Shown here: piece by piece, positions 20,511 to 30,124 of the stretch
Position numbering within the stretch: the first letter of the stretch is position 1
Layout: each line of letters starts with the position of its first letter
NCBI GenBank assembly: GCA_019894975.1
Contig: JAGXNO010000010.1
Span: 1 to 64,000 of the forward strand
Direction of reading: 5' to 3'
Source of the DNA: Promethearchaeota archaeon
Lineage (GTDB): Archaea > Asgardarchaeota > Lokiarchaeia > Sigyniarchaeales > SOKP01
Length of the DNA: 64,000 bases
The notes under the pieces: model-generated
What the model was told of the DNA's origin: nothing
What the model saw: only the letters and a program-made list of their open reading frames with translations
Database searches by the model: none
Made by a program: the position numbers and the translations under genes

Positions 20511-22268
20511 TTAGCTAATTGTGAGACTGATACCAATAGCGTTAGAGATTACAGCAGCAAAAAAGATTTGTATTATCGTAAAAGAAATAAATACAACAGG
20601 ATAAAAGCATTTTATATTTTCAAATATTTTGGTATTTTGAATTATAACCAGTACAAAAATAATAAATGTAAATAGCAATGAAGGAAAGTAGGATAACCTT
20701 TTAGTTAAGAACATTAAACTAATTAAAACCAATATGGTAGTTATCAAAATTACTCTATTTTTTGAACTCTTTGACTTCAAGAAATTTAATTGGGGATAAA
20801 TTATTTTTCTGAAAAGTAGCTCTATAGACATAAATATAGGAAATGCTAAATACCCGAGAATGAAATGAACCGCGAAATTTGATGGCCAGATGAAGCTAAA
20901 AGGATAATAAAATGAAAACATCATATAAATTGCTATTAAATAAACAGTACTTACCATTATAAATATAAGATATTTGAATTTGAAATGATTTTTTATATAT
21001 TTTAAAGAAAAGATCCTTCTCCTCTCAGCTTTGGATGCTTTTAGATATGAAAGGAATTTAACCAAGTAATATAATCCGACCATGTTCAGGGAAGCATATA
21101 ATACTCCTGGTAAACCAAAGAATCTTTCAAATAATACCCAATTACCTAAAAATACACCAATTAATAGAAAAACCTTCAAAATTTGCCTTTTTTTATTTAT
21201 ATCTGTCGTTAAAGTCTCAAAATCATAGGAAGACGATTTTTCAACTCCCTTTTCTTTTTTAAAGAATAATTTACTTGAAAGCGAGGTCAAATATATAACT
21301 GTAACAAAAAGTAAAACCAAATTGACTATAATCAAGATATAATTCCAATAAAATGTAATATTAATATGCCCATTTAGGGTTTCAGAATTAAAAAAATGAG
21401 ATTCAAACCAATTTATTGATTTTATAAGAACTCTATCTGAAAACAATTGATGAGCACCTCCAATCATAAAACCTTTCATTGTTATTAAAGAACAATTAGT
21501 TAATTCTTGAGCTTTTAAAGCATTTTCATTGAAATCTAAAATCTCATCATCAATATGATGTATAATTAAGAGATTTTCTGTATTTTCCTTATTTAATAAA
21601 TTGATAGGGATATAATCGATTAAATCCTCATTGTAGGCAAAACCATATCTTGGAGGTTCAAAATTTACCAACGGAGCTAAACCAACAATTACTTTGAATC
21701 TCGAATCTAAAGCTTGATTCATCAACACCACCATCCCCCCGAGGGAGTGACCAATCAACCCTATTTGTGTTAAATTCACATCGCTATAAAATGGTAAAGT
21801 TTCTAATTTATCTAATAGTTTAGAACAATCTTGTGCTAAAGCAGGAATACCTGTTATAGGATCAATATTATTTATATTTCCCCCGCTTTCTCCATGTCCT
21901 TGGTAATCTAATGCAGCAATATAAAACCCTCTCTTAGTAAATTCAACTGGTATCCTTAAGTCAAAATCTCGCTTGCTTCCGATTCCATGACAATAAATAA
22001 CCAAAGGTCTTTTTTCTTGAAAGTCTAATGTTTTTGAAGGGTAATATAAATTAGCATAAAGTCTTGCCCCAGATGATTCAAATTGAACCCTTTCATAATG
22101 GTTGTAGCTAATTTCTTTATTAAATTGTAAAATTGATAGAGATATAATGAGTAATATAATAAAGAGGAGTAAATTTTTTAAACTCTTTTGATCTTTATGA
22201 GTAAGTTCACCGATTATCATATAACCAGTTTCATCCATAACTGTTGATTGTTTGCGTGAGGCCATCAT
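20511..22268 (-). CDS. Alpha/beta hydrolase with C-terminal multi-TM domain
   Basis: HGIG, DYQGHGES, GHSLGG nucleophile motif; about 8 TM helices; true start uncertain. Confidence 0.82.
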   Translation of the reverse strand: MMASRKQSTVMDETGYMIIGELTHKDQKSLKNLLLFIILLIISLSILQFNKEISYNHYERVQFESSGARLYANLYYPSKTLDFQEKRPLVIYCHGIGSKRDFDLRIPVEFTKRGFYIAALDYQGHGESGGNINNIDPITGIPALAQDCSKLLDKLETLPFYSDVNLTQIGLIGHSLGGMVVLMNQALDSRFKVIVGLAPLVNFEPPRYGFAYNEDLIDYIPINLLNKENTENLLIIHHIDDEILDFNENALKAQELTNCSLITMKGFMIGGAHQLFSDRVLIKSINWFESHFFNSETLNGHINITFYWNYILIIVNLVLLFVTVIYLTSLSSKLFFKKEKGVEKSSSYDFETLTTDINKKRQILKVFLLIGVFLGNWVLFERFFGLPGVLYASLNMVGLYYLVKFLSYLKASKAERRRIFSLKYIKNHFKFKYLIFIMVSTVYLIAIYMMFSFYYPFSFIWPSNFAVHFILGYLAFPIFMSIELLFRKIIYPQLNFLKSKSSKNRVILITTILVLISLMFLTKRLSYFPSLLFTFIIFVLVIIQNTKIFENIKCFYPVVFISFTIIQIFFAAVISNAIGISLTIS

Positions 22269-22643
22269 TTATCACCAATTTTTTTAATTTCAAATATTGT
22301 GAAACCATTCTACTATTTAAATGTTTTTAAATTTCAAATTTAGTGAAAACATTTTAAACAACTCTATCATTTTCATTTTAGATAGATATTTTTTATTAAT
22401 TATAATACAGATAAGGTCTCAAATAAGAGGATGTTCACTACTAAAGAAAAAAATAACAAGGAGAGCTTTTAGTCATCAAATAGGGAAAAAAAATACTTAT
22501 TTTATAAATCTTAAATCAAAAAACTATCTAAAATATCAATAAAATCCGTATTTTTCCTCTCAAATGAATAAATGATGGAACAATAATTACCATATTTTTT
22601 TCCATTTAGTTGAAATTTGGGAATAGAATTAAAATTATTAACC

Positions 22644-23456
22644 TTAAGATTTTTTATACAAACCTAGAAAAATAACAATAAAAATAATCAAATCTACAAA
22701 TTCTACAACTATAAGATAGCTGGCGTTTTCACCAAGAAGACTTTGCATAATAGGTCTAAAGATATTTGAGATTAGATAAACGAAAAAACCAATCGTTAAG
22801 ATTTTAGGCTTTACAACCGAGAGTCGGTTTAATCTATACGCCAAATAAAAAATATAGACGATCCCTAACAGAGAGGGAATGAGCATCATAGGCAAGACCA
22901 TTCCTAATAGGGTAACATTTGGTATAATGAGCACTACTATTGATTCTATAGAGACAATAATGGTTATAAGTCGAGTTCTGAGAGTATTCATATATTTTTT
23001 ATCTTTTAATTTATTAAAGCGGTCCTCTAATCTAAAGAAAATTATCTCCATACCAAGATATACTAAAGGTGCTACTTCGAAAATGATGATAAAAAATCGG
23101 AATTTTAAAAATATTAACACAATATCATCATTAAACGTAAAGAAGGTAAGGTCCCACAGGAGATCAATTGTCTTCCCAAAAATGAGAATAAGGAAGAACA
23201 ATCCTAATAAGAACGGGATATCAGATAGATACTGGGCTTCTTGTTTGAACCATTTATGAAACAAGTAATAAGAAATAATTGATAAAATGATAATTCTAGC
23301 AGATATAATTAAGACAATCTGCAATGCTCCTTCATATTCAGCAAAAGCTTTTAATACGAGGGGTAAAGAAAACAGATATAAACAACATATGCATGTAATC
23401 CCAACTAATATACTTGAGAATAATAGTGTTTTATAAAGTCTTTTTGAAGCTGCCAT
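22644..23456 (-). CDS. Polytopic membrane protein, unknown function
   Basis: 270 aa with about 8 hydrophobic helices. Confidence 0.65.
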   Translation of the reverse strand: MAASKRLYKTLLFSSILVGITCICCLYLFSLPLVLKAFAEYEGALQIVLIISARIIILSIISYYLFHKWFKQEAQYLSDIPFLLGLFFLILIFGKTIDLLWDLTFFTFNDDIVLIFLKFRFFIIIFEVAPLVYLGMEIIFFRLEDRFNKLKDKKYMNTLRTRLITIIVSIESIVVLIIPNVTLLGMVLPMMLIPSLLGIVYIFYLAYRLNRLSVVKPKILTIGFFVYLISNIFRPIMQSLLGENASYLIVVEFVDLIIFIVIFLGLYKKS

Positions 23457-23545
23457 ACCAAGTGGTTTAACTTAAAATTTTTAAATTAAACTAAAATTTT
23501 TAAAATGAAAAGAATGAAAGTTAAAAAATTAATAAAAAAAATATT

Positions 23546-23797
23546 TTAAGATTTCCGACGCGTCCGAATCTTACGAGCTTCTCGTTCTACTTCTCTTAGT
23601 ATGAGTATATCATCCGTTCTTATAGGTCCTTTTACATTTCGGGTTAATATCCTATTTTTATCAGGACCGTCTAATATTCTCACTTTTATCTGAGTAATCT
23701 CACCTGTGAGTCCGGTACGTCCTATGATTTGAATTACTTGAGCCGGAATAGATAGGTCACGAACGTTAACACTCTTAGATTTTTCCAATTTAACCAT
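23546..23797 (-). CDS. rps28e: 30S ribosomal protein S28e
   Basis: [33 protein letters not shown]. Confidence 0.96.
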   Translation of the reverse strand: MVKLEKSKSVNVRDLSIPAQVIQIIGRTGLTGEITQIKVRILDGPDKNRILTRNVKGPIRTDDILILREVEREARKIRTRRKS

Positions 23798-23815
23798 TTG
23801 GGTTCACCAAGATAA

Positions 23816-24187
23816 TTACTTCTTAATCTCTTCTAACTTTTTAATTACATCATTTACCGCGCTATCATTTCCTGTTCCAACGTTTTCTATACTAATGGCG
23901 CTTGCAGATACATTGATTCTCGCAGTATTTCCTAGTTCTTTTTTAGTTGATAAGTATCCATAAGGAATTCCTTTTTCCTCGCATAGAAGTGGAATGTGGA
24001 ATAAGATTTCCGGGGGAGTTACATCCTCAGCCATAATGATAAGTTTTGAAAGTTGTCTTTCAATTGATTTGGTAACTTCATTCATACCTTTCCGGATTTT
24101 AGAATCTCGAGATTCAGCAATTTTGCTTAAGGCGTTCTTTAGCTGATTTTTTAATTGATCAGGGATTTGAAATTTTATATATGAAAT
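23816..24187 (-). CDS. rpl7ae: 50S ribosomal protein L7Ae (extended to probable ATT start)
   Basis: Frame continues upstream of ORF-track ATG: (I)SYIKFQIPDQLK...KIRKGMNEVTKSIER..AEDVTPPEI; GGAGATGA 6 nt before ATT; 123 aa. Confidence 0.92.
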   Translation of the reverse strand: MSYIKFQIPDQLKNQLKNALSKIAESRDSKIRKGMNEVTKSIERQLSKLIIMAEDVTPPEILFHIPLLCEEKGIPYGYLSTKKELGNTARINVSASAISIENVGTGNDSAVNDVIKKLEEIKK

Positions 24188-24340
24188 TTTTAATCATCTC
24201 CTTCAAATATACTTTTAAATTAATATATTTTCATAATTCATCGATATTTGATATTATAATTAAGACACTATTAAAAATAAAATTTGGCATTTGAGATATA
24301 AAACCTAAAAATTTTTTTACCATGCTTCTTTAGTTAAATT

Positions 24341-24541
24341 ATGATTATTCCGATCCGTTGCTTTAGTTGCGGGAAATTAATAGCACATACCTATAAACCT
24401 TATTTAGAATATATCGAGAAAGGAGAAAGCTCAGAAAAAGCTTTTAAAGAGTTAGGACTTGAAAGGTGGTGCTGTAAAAGAATGATAGTTTCACACGTTG
24501 ATCTTATCGACGAATTACTTAAATTTCCTCGATTACAATAA
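24341..24541 (+). CDS. rpoN: DNA-directed RNA polymerase subunit N (Rpo10)
   Basis: MIIPIRCFSCGK...LGLERWCCKRM. Confidence 0.96.
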   Translation: MIIPIRCFSCGKLIAHTYKPYLEYIEKGESSEKAFKELGLERWCCKRMIVSHVDLIDELLKFPRLQ

Positions 24542-24685
24542 GGAAATCTTATAATCTTTAGACTTCCTTCAAAGCATTTTCGTAGAAATACTTCTACGGT
24601 ACGAATTGTTAGAGTAAAACTTTAAATTTATGCACATACAATTATATCAAAAAAAGATTGAAACATTCCAAATTGTATGCGAAAT

Positions 24686-24907
24686 TCAAAGTCTGTTCAG
24701 TTCTGCCCCAGCTATAACTTCAGTTCGCTTAAGTAGTAGATATTCCAAGCTTGTTCCTATTAAGAATAGAATAACCATAAAAAAAGATTTAAATATTGGA
24801 TTTTCTGTAGGATCAGGTACTATGGGATTTCCTAGTACATTAACAGTAATTGAAGCAAAAATGAATAAAATAAGAGAGAAACTAATTAGATAATGACGCC
24901 ACTTCAC
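24686..24907 (-). CDS. Small membrane protein (possibly truncated)
   Basis: Signal-like N-terminus, NPIVPDP linker, second TM; GTG start. Confidence 0.35.
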   Translation of the reverse strand: MKWRHYLISFSLILFIFASITVNVLGNPIVPDPTENPIFKSFFMVILFLIGTSLEYLLLKRTEVIAGAELNRL

Positions 24908-25068
24908 ACCTTATAATCGATTTTAATAGCTTAAAATTCTTTGTGTTAGAAATAAATTTCATTTAGAAATTACATCACAAATAAAATGGATTATAATCAA
25001 TCTATTGAAGAGAAAGAAATATTAAATTAAACAATATTAATCCTATAAAATTAAAAATACAATAAAAC

Positions 25069-25251
25069 TCATTGCTTTCCGTAATGTGCAGTCCATCTTG
25101 TTTTTCTTGCTTTTTTGTTATAGTCCAGCATTGATTTTTTGCATTTATTGGTGCAAAAGTTAAGAATTGTCCCATCTCGTTTAATAAACATAAATCCGCG
25201 ACCAATTGATATATCAAATCCGCAGAAACTGCATTTTTTAACCTTGACCAT
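25069..25251 (-). CDS. rpl24e: 50S ribosomal protein L24e
   Basis: CSFCG..GRGFMFIKRDG..FCTNKC..RKTRWT. Confidence 0.96.
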   Translation of the reverse strand: MVKVKKCSFCGFDISIGRGFMFIKRDGTILNFCTNKCKKSMLDYNKKARKTRWTAHYGKQ

Positions 25252-25273
25252 TGTAATTCATCTCGTAAAATAG

Positions 25274-25678
25274 TTATTCTTTTTCCTTCTTGAAAAGTTC
25301 GGCCTCGCCATACTTAGTCACCATGAGATTTATTAATGTCATATCATAGGTCACTTCGTTGCCTCTTACCGTTTTTCTCCTTTTTTCTCCCACCCTTCGG
25401 GGCTTATAGCCTATCCCGCGTTTTGAGACAAGAATCTTTTTCTTGACGGGACCATGTACATCTTTTCTCATCGGAAATCCACTAGAATCGCTGCCACCCG
25501 TAATACTAAACTCGTAATTTGGAAAGCCTATTAGCCCTCCATTGATGGTATCACCGATTTTCATCCCTTCAAATCTAAATTTTTTCTCATCAATCTCAAT
25601 AAGTTTAGACAAACCCTTCCCAGGGCCTTCTTTTCCACCGCTAATATTTAGCTTATATGCAATTTTCTCAGAAGACAC
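25274..25678 (-). CDS. rps6e: 30S ribosomal protein S6e
   Basis: ITGGSDSSGFPMRKDVHG..GEKRRKTVRGN. Confidence 0.96.
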   Translation of the reverse strand: MSSEKIAYKLNISGGKEGPGKGLSKLIEIDEKKFRFEGMKIGDTINGGLIGFPNYEFSITGGSDSSGFPMRKDVHGPVKKKILVSKRGIGYKPRRVGEKRRKTVRGNEVTYDMTLINLMVTKYGEAELFKKEKE

Positions 25679-25851
25679 GATGCATCAATAATCTTGAAAA
25701 CAAAGATTAAGTTCTAAAATGTATATTTTCATAAAAATTTTATGAAATTTGTAGGATTTAGATTTATTTTCTGAGGACTCACATTTTATGAAATTTATTT
25801 TAATCATAACAACCTATAAAAATTATATCAGAATTTCATGTAACAGCTATT

Positions 25852-26682
25852 ATGCAATTATTCGAAGTAATTGAGATAACAGAATTTCCATTCATGGAAA
25901 CTAAAGAAATTGTAGATGGAGTTGTAGTTAGTGATATTATTGGTGATCTCAATAATGGTAAGGTATTTTTACTTGTAGATCACGATACTAAAAGAATTTG
26001 GACTTATAACTCTCCCATGAGTTCAATTAAAATCCAAATATATGGTGGCATTTTAGCGGGAATGTTTCGGCAACAATTAAAATTGTTTTATAGAGTGTAT
26101 CCCTTGAATTTATATTCTCAGGATGATAAAGAATTTCAAGAATTAATGAATAAACAGTTAGGTCCTGGACGCGCGAAACCTATAGAAGAAAAAGAATTCT
26201 CAAAACCACTTCCAGATAAATACGTTATGGATTCTACAATACGAAGTCCTCAAATGAAGAAAGCAATTGATTATGTCAATCAATTTCCACAACCAGAAAA
26301 TTTAAGTAGAAGATTTATGATTATAGGGGGAAATATTTTCGCAGATGAAGAAATTACAGAAGCCTTTTTGAAAGGAGAAATAAATGTAATTAAACCTGTG
26401 AAATTAGGACGATTAAATAATGGTTTTACTTTCTTCAGAGATCACAATTATTCCACAAGATTAGTTATTAAAGATCGAAAAATACAAGGTATAGAATTAT
26501 ACATTAAGGAAGAAGATAAATCTCCTCCCTTAGTACTAAAGATACCCGTAATTTATGAAGAAAAATTAAGCAAACCTGGTTCTATGGAAAAGTTAATTAA
26601 AGCCTTTCAAATTCCAAACCACTTGCCTGAAGATAATAACAAAGAAGCTTTCCCTAAAGATGATACTACTAATCAATCCTAA
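25852..26682 (+). CDS. Hypothetical protein with possible divergent gelsolin-like N-terminal domain
   Basis: KVFLLVDHDTKRIWTYNSPMSS resembles the gelsolin core strands; otherwise unrecognised. Confidence 0.5.
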   Translation: MQLFEVIEITEFPFMETKEIVDGVVVSDIIGDLNNGKVFLLVDHDTKRIWTYNSPMSSIKIQIYGGILAGMFRQQLKLFYRVYPLNLYSQDDKEFQELMNKQLGPGRAKPIEEKEFSKPLPDKYVMDSTIRSPQMKKAIDYVNQFPQPENLSRRFMIIGGNIFADEEITEAFLKGEINVIKPVKLGRLNNGFTFFRDHNYSTRLVIKDRKIQGIELYIKEEDKSPPLVLKIPVIYEEKLSKPGSMEKLIKAFQIPNHLPEDNNKEAFPKDDTTNQS

Positions 26683-27994
26683 AACTTCAAAATCCTCTGA
26701 AGTTCAAAGACTTTATTTTCGAGAACCTAATTTAGGGTTGCTCTATTTAACAGCAATTTTAGACCAACACAATATCCCTATAGATATATTAGATCTCGAA
26801 CAGTTCTTAGACTTGAGTGAGTTAGAATTAAAACACCTAATTGAAGAAAAATCTAACAGTTATAAGATCTTCGGTATTACTTCTTTAACAAATACCTTCC
26901 ATTTAGCTCTTGATATTGCCAAAATAATAAAGGAACAAGACGAGGATAATATTATTGTAATGGGAGGCCCTCATGTCACCTTTATGTATAGAGAAATCTT
27001 AGAAAATGATATCAAAAATCAAAAATTGATTGACTTCATTTGTATTGGGGAAGCCGAAAACTCTTTTCTGCAGTTAGTTAATTTGTTAATCGGTTTAACA
27101 CCAAATAATGTTTCCTTAGAAAATATCGAAAATGAATTATCATCAATTCCAGGGATTGCTTTTAACGACTTAAAGGGAAACCTAATAGTTACTCAAGCTG
27201 CTGTTGAAACTAATTTAGAACTTTTACCTTTACCTGCACGGTATAAACTTTCTCATGAATATTATTATTATACAATTGCTAATGTGATTGTTAATAGAGG
27301 ATGTCCAAATCAATGTTCCTTCTGCTCAAGGCAAAAACTTTTCAAAAAAACTAAAATTAGAAGCACTACATCGATTTTGTCTGAAATTCGAGATATAATT
27401 TCTCTACAAACCTATAATTACATCAATTTTTACGATAACATTAATATAAATAATGAGTTTTTTAGAGATTTTTGCAATATTTTTATTAAAAACAAGTTAG
27501 AAATTCCATGGGGATGTGAAATTCGTGTAGATGTAATCTCCGAGGAAGATGCTCGCCTCTTAAAAAAAGCGGGTTGTCGATTAATCGCAACGGGGGTTGA
27601 ATCTGCAAGTATAGAAGTTTTACAAAAGAATTTTAAGTATCAAGATCCAGATCTGGTAAAGAATGGATTAATAAATTTGAAGAAGTTTAATATACCTATC
27701 CAAGCTTATTTTGTTTTAGGGTTACCTGGAGAAACTGAAGCTACGTTTAAACAAACTCTTGAATATATAGAGCAATTACCCTTAGAAAAGGGAGATAAAA
27801 TAGATTATTTCATAGCAACTCCCTATCCTGGTTCTCAATTATGGGATAAAAGAAAAAACTTTGAAATTAAAATTATTGAAAATGATTTCTCACGATTTGA
27901 TTGTAATCATATAATCTTTGAAACACCAGATTTAAATTTAATAAAATTAGAAAAATTATATTCTCTTGCAAAAAAGATTGAGTTGGATTTTTGA
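26660..27994 (+). CDS. B12-binding radical SAM protein
   Basis: PNLGLLYL, GGPHVT, GEAE, RGCPNQCSFC, GVES, GLPGET, TPYPGS. Confidence 0.92.
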   Translation: MILLINPKTSKSSEVQRLYFREPNLGLLYLTAILDQHNIPIDILDLEQFLDLSELELKHLIEEKSNSYKIFGITSLTNTFHLALDIAKIIKEQDEDNIIVMGGPHVTFMYREILENDIKNQKLIDFICIGEAENSFLQLVNLLIGLTPNNVSLENIENELSSIPGIAFNDLKGNLIVTQAAVETNLELLPLPARYKLSHEYYYYTIANVIVNRGCPNQCSFCSRQKLFKKTKIRSTTSILSEIRDIISLQTYNYINFYDNININNEFFRDFCNIFIKNKLEIPWGCEIRVDVISEEDARLLKKAGCRLIATGVESASIEVLQKNFKYQDPDLVKNGLINLKKFNIPIQAYFVLGLPGETEATFKQTLEYIEQLPLEKGDKIDYFIATPYPGSQLWDKRKNFEIKIIENDFSRFDCNHIIFETPDLNLIKLEKLYSLAKKIELDF

Positions 27995-28335
27995 AAAGGT
28001 GCTTAATTATTCCTAGTATTTTCACTGAAAATGTTATTCAAATAATCAAAAGTATTCCCAAAGGAAGAGTTCTCACTTATGGTCGTATAGCTAAATTAGC
28101 AGGAAATCCAAGAGCTGCTAGGCAAGTTTCATGGACTCTTCATTCTTCTAGTAAGAAATATAATTTGCCATGGCATCGTGTAATAAGTTCAAACGGGACA
28201 CTAGCAATGGTCTCAACGGAAGATAAACAATATCATAAAAAACTTCTAGAGCTTGAAGGTGTTAAGTTTACTGGAGAGTTTAAAATTGATCTGAAGAAAT
28301 ATCTCTGGGATATAGAATCATTTAACAATATTTAG
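27991..28335 (+). CDS. Alkyltransferase-like protein (ATL, MGMT family)
   Basis: IPKGRVLTYGRIA...PWHRV; Trp replaces the catalytic Cys of PCHRV. Confidence 0.88.
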   Translation: MKRCLIIPSIFTENVIQIIKSIPKGRVLTYGRIAKLAGNPRAARQVSWTLHSSSKKYNLPWHRVISSNGTLAMVSTEDKQYHKKLLELEGVKFTGEFKIDLKKYLWDIESFNNI

Positions 28336-28345
28336 ATTGAAGGCT

Positions 28346-28645
28346 TTACAGCTCAGATCTATGAGGTAAACATGTTGGAAATGTCCTAAAAAATAATGAA
28401 AATGCCGCATCTTCTTTTCCTTCTTTTATTAGATACTTAATGTTTTCGAGATTATCTTTCTGATTATTTATTATCTTAGGATTCATTCCAATCTTAACAA
28501 ATCGTTTGAATCTTTCATCTAAAAGTAAAGATATTCTATTTTCATCATCTTCTTTATAATTCTTAAAGTCTTTTCTGCATGCTATTACAACTTTCCCATA
28601 CTCTGGCTTTTTAGGGAATTTTCCTTCAGCAATCGTATATGTAAT
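28346..28645 (-). CDS. Unannotated 99-aa hypothetical protein, probable ATT start
   Basis: Open frame (I)TYTIAEGKFPKKPEYGKVVIACRKDF...FRTFPTCLPHRSEL*; GGGGTGA 7 nt upstream of ATT. Confidence 0.6.
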   Translation of the reverse strand: MTYTIAEGKFPKKPEYGKVVIACRKDFKNYKEDDENRISLLLDERFKRFVKIGMNPKIINNQKDNLENIKYLIKEGKEDAAFSLFFRTFPTCLPHRSEL

Positions 28646-28828
28646 TTTATTTTCACCCCTTCTATAAATAAAACTTAAATTTTTTTCTTTGATATAAATG
28701 TCAATTTGTATATATATAATTTTTGATTCTTAATTCATCCTTAGAAAAGAATTTGAAAAATTCTATGAAGATCCTTTTATAATATATTTCATAATCTCTC
28801 TTATTATTTCAAAAAAAGTAAAACTAAA

Positions 28829-29956
28829 ATGCCAGAATTTCAACCTTTTCTTATGGAGCGTTGGATGTCCAAATTTGAGCAAGAAGTTGAATTCAACTTA
28901 TCTGAAAGCGGTGTACATCCAATATTGCTCAGCGAATTACTAAAAGATGATCCTGATAATATTAATCAATTACTTGCAACGGATCTTAACTATCCACATG
29001 TTGAGGGAATCCCTGAATTAAGAGAAAATATTGCTGCTCTCTATAATGGTGCTAGTATCAATAATATTTTAGTAACAACAGGAGCGATCGAAGCCAATTT
29101 TAACGCAGTCCACACACTCCTTAGTAGAGGCGATGAAATCGTCATTATGCTCCCCAACTATATGCAAATATGGGGGATCGCTAAAAATTTTGAGTATAAA
29201 ATAAAAACATTCCACTTACGTGAAGAAAACGGTTGGTCACCAGATATAGATGAGTTGAATGAAGTTGTATCTAAAAATACCAAGTTAATAGCTGTGTGCA
29301 ATCCTAATAATCCTACAGGTTATATTCTTACTGAGAATGAAATGCAAGGAATTACGGACATAGCCGAACAGGCAGGAGCATGGGTTTTAGCTGATGAGGT
29401 ATATTCTGGAGCTGAACGACTAACTGATAATGAAACACCGTCTTTTTATGGACGATATGATAAAGTTATAGCAATTGGAAGTATGAGTAAAGCGTATGGG
29501 TTACCAGGATTACGCATTGGGTGGGCAGTGGCTCCTGTTGATACTATAAATAAAATTTGGGCTCGACATGAATATACAACTATTAGTGCTACGATGCTCT
29601 CAAATAAACTTGCAGCAATCGCACTCTCCCCTCAAGTCCGACCACGAATTATACAGCGCACTCGTAATTTTATTCGACAAGGATATCCGATCTTACAAAA
29701 TTGGATGGAAAGCCATGAAAATACATTTACTGTTGTGCCCCCACAAGCAGCTGCGATTGCCTTTGTTCGATATAATTTAGATATCAACTCAACCGAATTT
29801 GCAGAACGATTGCGTAAAGAAAAGAGTGTTTTTCTTGTTCCTGGAGATCATTTTGGAATGGATAAATTCTTTCGGATTAGCTATGGATTACCCTCAGATT
29901 ATCTTACCTCCGGACTAAATCGTATGCATGATTTAATTATGCAAATTAAGAGATAA
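28829..29956 (+). CDS. Class I/II PLP-dependent aminotransferase
   Basis: CNPNNPTG, DEVY, SMSKAYGLPGLRIGW. Confidence 0.93.
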   Translation: MPEFQPFLMERWMSKFEQEVEFNLSESGVHPILLSELLKDDPDNINQLLATDLNYPHVEGIPELRENIAALYNGASINNILVTTGAIEANFNAVHTLLSRGDEIVIMLPNYMQIWGIAKNFEYKIKTFHLREENGWSPDIDELNEVVSKNTKLIAVCNPNNPTGYILTENEMQGITDIAEQAGAWVLADEVYSGAERLTDNETPSFYGRYDKVIAIGSMSKAYGLPGLRIGWAVAPVDTINKIWARHEYTTISATMLSNKLAAIALSPQVRPRIIQRTRNFIRQGYPILQNWMESHENTFTVVPPQAAAIAFVRYNLDINSTEFAERLRKEKSVFLVPGDHFGMDKFFRISYGLPSDYLTSGLNRMHDLIMQIKR

Positions 29957-30124
29957 ATTTTAGACTCCTTTTTATTATTTAAGAGATAAACCAATCAATA
30001 ATTTTATTAATAGAAGATTAACTCTAGATAATTGTAGTGTTATCTCAAAAATACACTATTATAAATAAGTATTTTCCACAAAATTATAAAAAGAAAATTT
30101 AAATAACTATAAAAGGAAAAATAT

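Noticed and set aside
22321-22542. 73-aa ORF in an AT-rich gap
   Set aside because: Low-complexity I/K/N/F composition with no motif; probably intergenic.
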